From NCBI GenBank assembly GCA_039803925.1, contig JBDRZL010000003.1, positions 67,855-131,854 of the forward strand: DNA of 64,000 nt, read 5' to 3'. Shown piece after piece: positions 1 to 8,610 of the stretch. The DNA comes from a candidate division WOR-3 bacterium (GTDB taxonomy: Bacteria > Hydrothermota > Hydrothermia > Hydrothermales > JAJRUZ01). A program made the translations under genes and the position numbers. Under the pieces are notes generated by a model. It had not been told where the DNA came from. It was given only the letters and a program-made list of their open reading frames with translations, and ran no database searches. How positions within the stretch are numbered: position 1 is the stretch's first letter; the number at the start of each line of letters is the position of its first letter.

Positions 1-937
1 ATATTTTAAGACTTGTTTTTTCCCAAGTAAAGTTTTTTGCGATTTCGTAACCTTTAAGAACTTTGTTTTTAATATTCTCCTCACTTTCTTGAATAAAATT
101 AATTATACCCTCTTTTATAGAGTTTTTATCAAATCCCTTTAAATAAAAAATACTATCTTGAGCAAACTCTTTAAAAACCGGAAGAGGTGTTGCTATTACA
201 GGTTTTTTTGAAATCATTGCTTCAAGAACAGGAAGACCAAAACCTTCACAGAAGCTCGGGTAAATGAGGCTAGTACAATTTTTATATAGAAAAAATATTT
301 CTTCCTGAGTTAAATTTCTTTTTAACCAGATTACATTACCACCTATTTCTCTTTCAATTTCTTCAAAACCAAATCCCCTTTCACCTGCTAATAAAAGGTA
401 AAATTCTTTTAAACTCAATTCTTTAAAAGCTTTAATAAGATTAATAAGATTTTTTCTCTTTTGAACCGTTCCTACAAATAAAAAGAATTTTTCAGGAACA
501 TCAAAGGTTTTTTTTATATTTTCAGGAATTTTAACTCCAGGATAAACAATTTCTATTTTATTTTCAAATCCGTAAAATTTTTTTATATTTTCTTTTGTAA
601 ATTCTGATGGAACAAAAATAACATCTGATTTTAAAAGAGCTCTTTTTACTTTTTTCCTTGCGAGTTTTATTGAATTAGAAGGAAATAAAGAAGGCTCTGT
701 TTCAAAACATATATCATGAATTATTGTGCTTATAATCTTAAATTTTTTTAAAAAAGGTATTCTCCCATCCGGCCCTAAATAAACATCTCCTTTAGAGAAA
801 ATTAATCTTATAAAAGGTTTTTTTATTTCAATTACCTCTTCTCCCATTTTTTTAAATTCCTTTATAAGATTCAAAGTAAAAACCTGAATTCCAGAAAAGG
901 TGTATCTTAAAGGAGTTATATCAATAAAAATTTTCAT
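1..937 (-). CDS. Glycosyltransferase family 4 (GT1-group); the 3' end runs off the window edge.
   Basis: Reverse-strand ATG at 937..935. Translation MKIFIDITPLRYTFSGIQ...EGFGLPVLEAMISKKPVIAT is the GT4 retaining-GT C-terminal signature. Start lies 2 nt after the stop of the upstream minus-strand gene. Confidence 0.7.
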   Translation of the reverse strand, partial: MKIFIDITPLRYTFSGIQVFTLNLIKEFKKMGEEVIEIKKPFIRLIFSKGDVYLGPDGRIPFLKKFKIISTIIHDICFETEPSLFPSNSIKLARKKVKRALLKSDVIFVPSEFTKENIKKFYGFENKIEIVYPGVKIPENIKKTFDVPEKFFLFVGTVQKRKNLINLIKAFKELSLKEFYLLLAGERGFGFEEIEREIGGNVIWLKRNLTQEEIFFLYKNCTSLIYPSFCEGFGLPVLEAMISKKPVIATPLPVFKEFAQDSIFYLKGFDKNSIKEGIINFIQESEENIKNKVLKGYEIAKNFTWEKTSLKI

Positions 938-939
938 TT

Positions 940-1998
940 TTAATAAGGAAATTTTTTAAGTTTTTTTCTAATTTTTATTAAGAATTCAATCCAAAAATTT
1001 TGAATTAATTTTTTAAATTTTAAAATTTTAAGAAAATCTTTAAGAACAAAGTATTTTCTGAAAGGTTTTTTAGTCTTTAAATAGTAAAAATCAAAATAAC
1101 TGATCTTTCCTTTATCTTTTTCTTCCTTAATTTTACCCAAAAAATCTATTACCCTTTTAAGATAACTATGCTCCTTCAAAACTTTTTCCTTTCCCCTTTT
1201 TCTCTTTTCTTCCCATTCTTCTTTATTTTCTAAATAAAATTCTATTTTTCTAAAAATATCTTTTTTGTTTTTGTAAATAACTATTTCCTCTTCATTAAAA
1301 ATTTCTTCAAGGTGTTTTATATAGGGAGAAAATAAAAGACAGCCACAGGCAGGAACTTCAAAGGTTCTCATATTTATATCCTTTCTAACAGGTAAATTAA
1401 AACCTATTTTTCCCTTACTCTGCATTTTTGCCATTTCTTCAAGATATATCTTTTCCATTACCTTTAACTTTATTCCTTTAAAATTTTTTTCGATTTCTTT
1501 TAAAAATTTTTCCCTTTCTTTATTTAGGTGACCTATAAAAACAATATCATACTCTTTTTCATTAAACCATTCTTTATGTATTTCAGGATCACAGGCAAGG
1601 GGTAAAAAAAGGGGAGTTAATCCATATTTCTTAAACCATGGGATAAGGGATTTTTGTGCCACAAAAACATAATCAAAGAGTTTAGCAAAATTTTTATGCC
1701 AGATAAAATTTAAGTGGTTATCAATGAGCCAGCATGCCTTTTTAACCTTTGCCTCATTTATATCCTCAATCCAGAAACCATTTCCAGGATCTGTTTCAAC
1801 ATAAATAAATAAATCAGGTTCAAATATTTCTTTGAATATTTTTTTTAAAAATATTTTTCTTGAATTTATAAAATAATCTGTTCCCTCGTCATATGACACA
1901 AAGATTGTATCAGGGTTTATTCTTTTGAGATACTTATAAAAATAACTAACAGTAGCATAGGGTTTATACCCTGAATAAAGAATTATTTTCATCTTCAC
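940..1998 (-). CDS. CgeB-like / DUF3880-type glycosyltransferase-associated protein.
   Basis: 352-aa ORF in tight operon between the O-antigen-ligase-like gene and a GT4 gene. Its C-terminal half resembles the CgeB family. No catalytic motif was verified. Confidence 0.45.
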   Translation of the reverse strand: MKMKIILYSGYKPYATVSYFYKYLKRINPDTIFVSYDEGTDYFINSRKIFLKKIFKEIFEPDLFIYVETDPGNGFWIEDINEAKVKKACWLIDNHLNFIWHKNFAKLFDYVFVAQKSLIPWFKKYGLTPLFLPLACDPEIHKEWFNEKEYDIVFIGHLNKEREKFLKEIEKNFKGIKLKVMEKIYLEEMAKMQSKGKIGFNLPVRKDINMRTFEVPACGCLLFSPYIKHLEEIFNEEEIVIYKNKKDIFRKIEFYLENKEEWEEKRKRGKEKVLKEHSYLKRVIDFLGKIKEEKDKGKISYFDFYYLKTKKPFRKYFVLKDFLKILKFKKLIQNFWIEFLIKIRKKLKKFPY

Positions 1999-3139
1999 TT
2001 AAGGAAATTCCAATAAAATAAAAAAGTGGTAAAAAAATTTCCTCAGCAAAAATGTTTATTTCAAAAAAGCCATGAATAAGAAAGGCTAAAAGATTTGTAA
2101 AGGTTAAAAAAGATAGAATTGTTTTTTTTGAATATAAAGTTTTTAAAAGATAAAAATAAATGAAATATAAAATTAAAAAACCTATAATTCCAAAATAAAA
2201 AATTATTTGAAGAAAACTGTTATGAAAGTGGTTCATTTCTCTTAAAATTTTAACGCTATCTTCTTTATATTTTTTTTTATCAATAGTTTTAATCCATTTT
2301 TCTGTGTAGACTCTTCCATATCCGAAAATTGGTTTTTTAAAAAAGAATTCAGGAAAAGCCTTTATTAAAAGAGTTCTTTTTTTTATACTTTCCTTTCTTA
2401 ATCCAATTTTTCTTATATTAAGAGGATTTTTTATTAAAAATAGAATCAGAAATAAAGTAAAAATTAAAAAAATTGGTAAAATTAGTTTTTTCTTTAATTT
2501 AAAAATTAAAATTATTGAGGAAATAAAAAGAGAAAAAAGGGCTCCCCTTGAATCTGTTAATATCAAAGCTGTTATAAGCAAAAAAAAGGAAAATAGATAA
2601 AAAACTTTTCCTTTTTTCCTTGAAGTTAAGAGAAACCCCATTGAAAATATAATGGGAATAATTAAAAAGCCTGAATAGGTTAAATGATGAAGAAAAAAAC
2701 CGTGAGCCCTAATTTCATCACCTTTTCCCTTTAGAATTTGAAAGAAGGAATAGAAAGCACTTAAAAGGGAAAATAAAATAAAAATTTTTAAAATTCTTTC
2801 CCTTTTTTTATATCCCTGAAAAATAAATATAGTGGAAGGAATTGCAAGGTAAAATAAAAATTCCCGGATTTTTTTCAAGCTGTATAGGGGATTATAGGAA
2901 AAAATAGAAGAAAATATATAGGAAATAAAAAAAAGAAAAAGAAGAATATAAAAGATCCTGTATTTTTTTGAGAAGTTTAAAAATTCCTTAAATTTTAAAA
3001 CTGGAGATATTATAAGAAGAATAAACAAAACTGATGAAACTGAAACAGACAAGGGAAAGAAAATGGGAGGTACAAGGGAAAAAAATTCTGCAAGGATTTT
3101 CATTTTGAAATTATAAAAATTTAGAATAATAAAATGCAT
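1964..3139 (-). CDS. O-antigen ligase / Wzy_C-family polytopic membrane protein.
   Basis: 391 aa and highly hydrophobic with about 10 predicted helices. Motif ITALILTDSRGALFSLFISSIIL resembles the Wzy_C (O-antigen ligase) loop. Sits in an operon with glycosyltransferases. Confidence 0.55.
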   Translation of the reverse strand: MHFIILNFYNFKMKILAEFFSLVPPIFFPLSVSVSSVLFILLIISPVLKFKEFLNFSKKYRIFYILLFLFFISYIFSSIFSYNPLYSLKKIREFLFYLAIPSTIFIFQGYKKRERILKIFILFSLLSAFYSFFQILKGKGDEIRAHGFFLHHLTYSGFLIIPIIFSMGFLLTSRKKGKVFYLFSFFLLITALILTDSRGALFSLFISSIILIFKLKKKLILPIFLIFTLFLILFLIKNPLNIRKIGLRKESIKKRTLLIKAFPEFFFKKPIFGYGRVYTEKWIKTIDKKKYKEDSVKILREMNHFHNSFLQIIFYFGIIGFLILYFIYFYLLKTLYSKKTILSFLTFTNLLAFLIHGFFEINIFAEEIFLPLFYFIGISLSEDENNSLFRV

Positions 3140-3721
3140 TTTAAATTAATTTATTTGGTTCTTTCCTACCTTTCAGGTTCTGTTCCATACGGATTTATAT
3201 TTGTTAAAATTTTCAAGGGTGAGGATATTAGAAAATTCGGAAGCGGTAATATAGGTGCTACAAATGTTCTCAGGTTTGATAAAAAGCTCGGTATTTTAAC
3301 ACTATTTTTTGATTTAAGTAAAGCCTTTTTCCCAACCTTTTTTGCCTTAAAACTTTTTTCCTTTGATTTTGCAAGTTTAGTTGCCTTTTTAACTGTTTTG
3401 GGTCATATAACCTCTCCTTTTTTTTTATTTAAAGGTGGAAAGGGTGTTGCAACTTTATTTGGAGCCTTTTTAGCTTTAATTCCCTTTCCTATATTAATAG
3501 GTGCTATAGTTTTTGTTGCAGTTATTCTTCTATTCAGAATGGTTTCCCTTGGCTCCCTTTCTGCCTCTCTTACTATTTTAATTGTAAGTATATTTGTTGA
3601 AAGCTACCCTCTTTACTTTGATATTTTACTTTTTATAACAGTATTTTTTATTTTCTTTACTCACAGGTCAAATATTAAAAGAATAATTGAGGGTAAGGAG
3701 AGAAAAATTAGTTTTAGGTGA
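3134..3721 (+). CDS. plsY: Glycerol-3-phosphate acyltransferase PlsY.
   Basis: Motif GSGNIGATNVLR and the SGSVPYGF N-terminus. 195-aa polytopic membrane protein. Confidence 0.85.
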   Translation: MHFKLIYLVLSYLSGSVPYGFIFVKIFKGEDIRKFGSGNIGATNVLRFDKKLGILTLFFDLSKAFFPTFFALKLFSFDFASLVAFLTVLGHITSPFFLFKGGKGVATLFGAFLALIPFPILIGAIVFVAVILLFRMVSLGSLSASLTILIVSIFVESYPLYFDILLFITVFFIFFTHRSNIKRIIEGKERKISFR

Positions 3722-4560
3722 ATCCTTATAAGAATTTTATTATTGGAATTGAAGATTTTGAGGAAGGATTTGAAATTGTTAAAAACATAAAACCCTTTGC
3801 TATTTTTTTAAAAAGCTGTTTTAGAAATAAGGATTTAAAAGAAATTAAGGAATTTTTAAGGGATGTAAAAAATTTTGCTCAATACGATTTAAAAATTGCC
3901 ACAGACCAAGAAGGTGGATATGCTTCATGGATTCTTGATGGTTTTCCTTCACCTAAGGAATGGAGCAAAATGCCTTTTATAGAGTATGAAAAAGATGTTA
4001 GAGAAATGGCAAGGAAAATGAAAGATCTGGGTATTGATATAAATTTTGCTCCATGTGTTGATATTTGTTTTGATAGTGAAAATGAAGTTATATGTAAAAA
4101 GGGAAGAAGTTTTGGAAATGATCCTAAAATTGTGTCAGAGTATTCTCTTAAATTTTTTAGAATAATGAAAGAAGAAGGAGTTTCTTGCTGTGCTAAACAT
4201 TTTATAAATCAGGCAAGAGCAAAGGAAGATCCTCACAGAGAGCTTCCTGTTTCATATTGTTTTCTTTTGGAACTTGAAAGAGATTTTTTACCCTATGAGG
4301 TTCTAATAAAAAATGGTATTGAGTATATAATGGCTGGATTTATTAAATATGAAAAAATATCAGAAGATCCTGTTTTATTTTCTGAATTTTTTTTAAAGGA
4401 AATTTTAAGAAAAAAACTTTTATTTAAAGGTAAAATAATAACTGATGATTTATTAATGGGAGGTATAAAAAAATATTATTCTTTAAGGGAAAGTATTGAA
4501 TTTTCTTTAAAAGCAGGTTGTAACCTTATTTTAATTTCTAAATTTTCAGAAATCTTTTGA
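3718..4560 (+). CDS. Glycoside hydrolase family 3 N-terminal-domain protein (NagZ-like, short and divergent).
   Basis: Motifs IATDQEGG, NFAPCVDI and KIITDDLLMGGI match GH3/NagZ blocks. The KHFPGHG block is replaced by KHFINQAR. GTG start. Confidence 0.55.
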   Translation: MNPYKNFIIGIEDFEEGFEIVKNIKPFAIFLKSCFRNKDLKEIKEFLRDVKNFAQYDLKIATDQEGGYASWILDGFPSPKEWSKMPFIEYEKDVREMARKMKDLGIDINFAPCVDICFDSENEVICKKGRSFGNDPKIVSEYSLKFFRIMKEEGVSCCAKHFINQARAKEDPHRELPVSYCFLLELERDFLPYEVLIKNGIEYIMAGFIKYEKISEDPVLFSEFFLKEILRKKLLFKGKIITDDLLMGGIKKYYSLRESIEFSLKAGCNLILISKFSEIF

Positions 4561-4594
4561 AAATTCTATAAGTTTAATCATAAAATTTTTCAAT

Positions 4595-5284
4595 ATGAGA
4601 AAATTTCTTTTCATTTTTCCAAGTATTCTATTTTCCCTTTCCTTATCACCAGGAGATTTTCCTTTTGCAAAGATTCTTTCAAGAGGTGAGTTTAAATTTG
4701 ACATAAGGTTTCAAAAAAAAGGAGGCCTACTATTTTCCCTTGATGCTAGTATTCTTGATAAATTTTCTTTTGGTTTGAGGTATGGAGGACTTGGTATTGT
4801 AGGGGATCAAAAAGTAGAGTTTTATCCATTCCCAGGTATTAATGTATCTTATCTTCTTATTGAAGAATCTATCTATTTACCTTCTGTTTTACTCGGTATT
4901 GAAACACAGGGTTTTGATGAATATTTTGAGTTAACAGAAAGATACTTTGTTAAATCAAAGGGTATTTTCCTTGCTATTAGCAAGGATTTAAATATTTTAA
5001 GAGGATTTATTTTAAATGGAGGAATAAATAGAACCTTTGAAACAAAGGATGAAAAAAACGGAATGGATGTTTTTTCTTCCCTTATTTTAAATTTTTCCCC
5101 TGAATTTTCAATATTTTCAGAATATTCCTTTGGTTTTAATGATCCCATTCACAAAAAGGGAATTTTTAATGCTGGGGTTCTTTTTAATCTTCAGGATCAA
5201 TTTTTCTTTTCTTTTTCTTTCAGAGATCTTTTATCAGATAATCATATAAGAACCTTTTCTGTTGGTTATAAGGGATACCTTTGA
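4595..5284 (+). CDS. Hypothetical secreted protein, possibly an outer-membrane beta-barrel.
   Basis: N-terminal signal-like segment. Alternating hydrophobic/polar beta-strand pattern with an aromatic-rich C-terminus (VGYKGYL). Confidence 0.3.
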   Translation: MRKFLFIFPSILFSLSLSPGDFPFAKILSRGEFKFDIRFQKKGGLLFSLDASILDKFSFGLRYGGLGIVGDQKVEFYPFPGINVSYLLIEESIYLPSVLLGIETQGFDEYFELTERYFVKSKGIFLAISKDLNILRGFILNGGINRTFETKDEKNGMDVFSSLILNFSPEFSIFSEYSFGFNDPIHKKGIFNAGVLFNLQDQFFFSFSFRDLLSDNHIRTFSVGYKGYL

Positions 5285-6216
5285 AAAAGCTTAAAGTCGG
5301 GGTAATTGGTGTTGGTTATCTCGGCTCAATTCATGCTAAACTATTAAAGGAAATTGAAGAAGCAGAACTTATCGGAGTTTATGATATAAGGGAGGAAAGG
5401 ACAAAAGAGGTTGCAAGAGAGCTTTCAGTTTATCCTGCTAAAACTCCCTATGATCTTATGGAAAAAGTTGAGGCTATAACCTGTGCTGTTCCAACACTTA
5501 ATCATTATGAAGTTGGTTTAATGGTTTTAAAGAATAATAAGCACTTATTTATGGAAAAACCTTTAACAACTAAAATGAGTGAAGCAAAAAGACTTATAAA
5601 GGAAGCGGGAAGTAGAAATTTAATTTTGCAAGTTGGATTTGTTGAAAGGTTAAATCCTGGTATTTTAAGTGTAAAAAATATAATAAAAAATCCAATGTTT
5701 ATTGAGGCAGAGAGACTATCTACCTTTGTGGGAAGGGGAACAGATGTGGATGTAATCCTTGATCTTATGATTCACGATATAGATCTTCTCTTTATTTTTA
5801 AAGAATCACAAATTAAGAAAATAGATGCAGTTGGTGTGCCTGTTATAACTGATAAGATTGATATTGCAAATGTAAGGATAGAATTTGAGGATGGCTCTGT
5901 TTGTAATTTAACAGCTTCAAGGATTTCAAGGGAGCCTTTCAGAAAAATCAGGTTTTTCCAGAAGGATACATATATTTCCGTTGATTTAAAGGAAAAGGAT
6001 GCACAGGTATATATAAAGAGAAATTCTCATATCTTGCCTTATCCTGTTGATGTTATAAATATCAATCCACTTAAAGAAGAATTAAAAAGTTTCGTAAGAG
6101 CTTGCTTATATAATGAAAAAGTTCTGGTTGATGGTAAAGAGGCTTTAAAAAGTTTAAAGGTTGCGCTCAGAATAAAGAAGATAATTGAAAATAACTTAAA
6201 AAGGATAAAATTTTGA
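5281..6216 (+). CDS. Gfo/Idh/MocA-family NAD(P)-dependent oxidoreductase (GnnA-like?).
   Basis: N-terminal Rossmann motif KVGVIGVGYLGSIHAK and the EKPLT block. TTG start overlapping the previous stop. Confidence 0.8.
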   Translation: MKKLKVGVIGVGYLGSIHAKLLKEIEEAELIGVYDIREERTKEVARELSVYPAKTPYDLMEKVEAITCAVPTLNHYEVGLMVLKNNKHLFMEKPLTTKMSEAKRLIKEAGSRNLILQVGFVERLNPGILSVKNIIKNPMFIEAERLSTFVGRGTDVDVILDLMIHDIDLLFIFKESQIKKIDAVGVPVITDKIDIANVRIEFEDGSVCNLTASRISREPFRKIRFFQKDTYISVDLKEKDAQVYIKRNSHILPYPVDVININPLKEELKSFVRACLYNEKVLVDGKEALKSLKVALRIKKIIENNLKRIKF

Positions 6217-6782
6217 AAAAGATTGGTAAATTTCTTTACAAAAATAGGGATAAAACAGGAATACCCTTTTTTATAATAATTTTATTTTTTATAAATCCTA
6301 ATGTAAAAAATTTTTTTCTTTCACTTCCTCTTTTAATTTTAGGAGAGCTTTTGAGAATTTACAGTTTAATGTATGCGGGTGAATCGACAAGGGCAAAAGA
6401 TCTTAAAGCTAACTTTCTTGTGACAGGTGGTCCTTATGCTTTTTTAAGAAACCCAATATATCTTGGAAATTTTTTCATATCCCTTTCTATTATGATTTTT
6501 TATAACCCTCCCTTATATTTCTTTTTGCTTTTTATCTTTCTTTTTTTCCTTCAGTATTTTCTTATAGTTCTTGAGGAAGAAAATTTTCTTGAAAAGGAAT
6601 TTGGAGAGGAATATAAAAGTTATAAAAAAAATACTTACAGATTTTTTCCAAAATTAAAACCTTATTCAAAAAGAACAAAAAAGTTATATAATTTTCTTGA
6701 AGTTTTTAAATTTGAAAAATCAACCATTTTTTTAATTCTTTTTCTTATTCTTTTAGGGTTTTTAATTATTTATTTAAAATGA
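6213..6782 (+). CDS. ICMT/PEMT-family membrane methyltransferase (LmtA-like?).
   Basis: RNPIYLGNF motif and the C-terminal EE..L...FG.EY..Y block characteristic of isoprenylcysteine carboxyl methyltransferase-like enzymes. 189-aa membrane protein. Confidence 0.6.
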   Translation: MKKIGKFLYKNRDKTGIPFFIIILFFINPNVKNFFLSLPLLILGELLRIYSLMYAGESTRAKDLKANFLVTGGPYAFLRNPIYLGNFFISLSIMIFYNPPLYFFLLFIFLFFLQYFLIVLEEENFLEKEFGEEYKSYKKNTYRFFPKLKPYSKRTKKLYNFLEVFKFEKSTIFLILFLILLGFLIIYLK

Positions 6783-7855
6783 AAATACTTTTTGTAGCAG
6801 GTGAAATCTCAGGTGATAAGAATGCTTCTTATCTAATTGAAAAGATTTTAGAAAAAAGAAAAGATATTGAGATTTTTGCCTATGGCGGTAAAGAAATGGA
6901 GAAAAAGGGTGCTCTTCTTATAAAAGATATAACGGAAAAAGCAGTTGTTGGATTTACAGAGGCAATAAGTATAGTGAGCTTTTTTAAAAATTTACTAAAA
7001 GAAATTATATACTTTGTCAGAAAGAATGATATAAAAAAAATAGTTCTTGTTGATTTTCCTGGTTTCAATTTGGTTCTTGCAAAATATTTAAAGAAAATAG
7101 AAAGGGAAGTTTTTTACTACATTCCTCCTCAGGTCTGGGCGTGGGGATCATGGAGAATTAAGGATTTAAGAAGATATACTGACAGAGTTTTATCTACCTT
7201 TCCTTTTGAAGCAGACTTTTTAAGAAAAAAAGGGGTTCCCGCTTTTTTTGTAGGCACTCCTATTGCCGAAAGAATTAAGTGGAATTTAAATAAAGAAAAA
7301 TGGATTATTTTCCTTCCGGGCTCAAGGAAAAAAGAAATAGAAAGACATATTATTGATATGATAAAAATAAGGGATTATATAGAAGAAGATTTTAAAGACT
7401 ATAAGTTTTTAATATCCATTATTTATCCTGAAAAAGATATTTTAGAGAGGATAAAAAATAAGTTTGAAGTTATAGATAAGGATCCAACCCCTTATATAGA
7501 AAAATCTAAATTTGCTATAACAGTTAGTGGAACAGCTTCTCTTGAATGTGCCCTTGCGGGAACTCCCATGGTTGTGATTTATAAGGTATCAGAACTTACA
7601 TATTACCTTGCCAGAATTTTAACAAAAGTTCCTTATGTGTCTCTTGTAAACATAATAAGTGGAAAGAAAATAATACCTGAATATATTCAACATATAAAAC
7701 TTAAAGATATAAGAGATTTTTTAGTTTCACTTTCTAAAGATGAAAAAAAATTAGAAAGAATTTTGTGTGAACTTGAAACGATAAGAAAAATGCTCTCTAA
7801 CAATGAAAAATTTAATCCAGTTTATTTGATACTAAATAACATAAATGAAAAATAG
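6779..7855 (+). CDS. lpxB: Lipid-A-disaccharide synthase.
   Basis: N-terminus MKILFVAGEISGD, internal IPPQVWAWG, and C-terminal SGTASLECALAGTPMVVIYK match LpxB blocks. Confidence 0.85.
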   Translation: MKILFVAGEISGDKNASYLIEKILEKRKDIEIFAYGGKEMEKKGALLIKDITEKAVVGFTEAISIVSFFKNLLKEIIYFVRKNDIKKIVLVDFPGFNLVLAKYLKKIEREVFYYIPPQVWAWGSWRIKDLRRYTDRVLSTFPFEADFLRKKGVPAFFVGTPIAERIKWNLNKEKWIIFLPGSRKKEIERHIIDMIKIRDYIEEDFKDYKFLISIIYPEKDILERIKNKFEVIDKDPTPYIEKSKFAITVSGTASLECALAGTPMVVIYKVSELTYYLARILTKVPYVSLVNIISGKKIIPEYIQHIKLKDIRDFLVSLSKDEKKLERILCELETIRKMLSNNEKFNPVYLILNNINEK

Positions 7856-7912
7856 TATTTATAATGGTTTTAAAAACTAATTTTTGAAAATGTGCTTTTT
7901 CAACATTAAGAC

Positions 7913-7941
7913 TTGACAAAAGTTTTCTTTTATGTTATAAT
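7913..7941 (+). promoter_or_regulatory. Consensus sigma70-type promoter for hup.
   Basis: TTGACA at 7913-7918, a 17-nt spacer, and TATAAT at 7936-7941. Predicted TSS about 7948, about 54 nt upstream of the hup ATG. Confidence 0.6.
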
Positions 7942-7948
7942 TAAATAT

Positions 7949-7963
7949 GAACCCGGGGGACGG
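7949..7963 (+). repeat. Left arm of a GC-rich inverted repeat flanking hup (GAACCCGGGGGACGG).
   Basis: Reverse complement of 8291-8304 apart from one extra C. It is a GC island in AT-rich DNA, at the predicted 5' end of the hup transcript. Confidence 0.6.
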
Positions 7964-8001
7964 AAAATCTTTAAAATTAAATAAAAAAAAGGAGGTGAAA
8001 T

Positions 8002-8277
8002 ATGAATAAAGCTGAACTTATTGACCATGTTGCCAGTAAGGCAAAAATAGCAAAAAAAGCCGCAGCAGCGGCTGTTGATGCTTTTATTGATGCAGTAAAA
8101 CAAACCCTTAAAAAGGGAGAAGAGCTAAGACTTGTTGGATTTGGAACTTTTGGAGTTAAAAAGAGAAAACAGAGAAAAGGAAGAAATCCAAGAACAGGGG
8201 CAGAAATAACAATTCCTGCCCAGAAGGTTCCTTTCTTCAGACCTTCTTCAGAACTTAAAAACCTTGTAAAGAAGTAA
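8002..8277 (+). CDS. hup: DNA-binding protein HU.
   Basis: MNKAELIDHVA...GFGTFGVKKRKQRKGRNPRTGAEITIPA is the HU/IHF signature. RBS AAGGAGGTG. Confidence 0.9.
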   Translation: MNKAELIDHVASKAKIAKKAAAAAVDAFIDAVKQTLKKGEELRLVGFGTFGVKKRKQRKGRNPRTGAEITIPAQKVPFFRPSSELKNLVKK

Positions 8278-8290
8278 TATAATTAGAAAA

Positions 8291-8304
8291 CCGTCCCCCG
8301 GTTC
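8291..8304 (+). repeat. Right arm of the inverted repeat flanking hup (CCGTCCCCCGGTTC), followed by a T-run.
   Basis: Starts 12 nt after the hup stop codon. Followed by TAAAATTTTTTACTTT. Confidence 0.6.
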
Positions 8305-8610
8305 TAAAATTTTTTACTTTATTTTATTTTTCCTTATACCTTATTTAATTTCCTTGTTTTTGCCCCTTTATTTAAGAGAAATAAGATTCCTTTCTCTTTT
8401 TGTTTCAATTTTTTTGTTTTTTTATTCTCTTTTATTTTTAGAAATTTTTCCCTTATATAGGTTTTATAAAAAAATTATTAATGAGGAAAAGGTTTTATAT
8501 ATATTAAGATTTTCAACTCTTTCTCTTTCTGCTGTTATTTTTAACATTTCTTTTAAAAATTTTTATATTTCTCTTTTTTACCTTGTTATTTCTATTTATT
8601 ATATTAAGAA

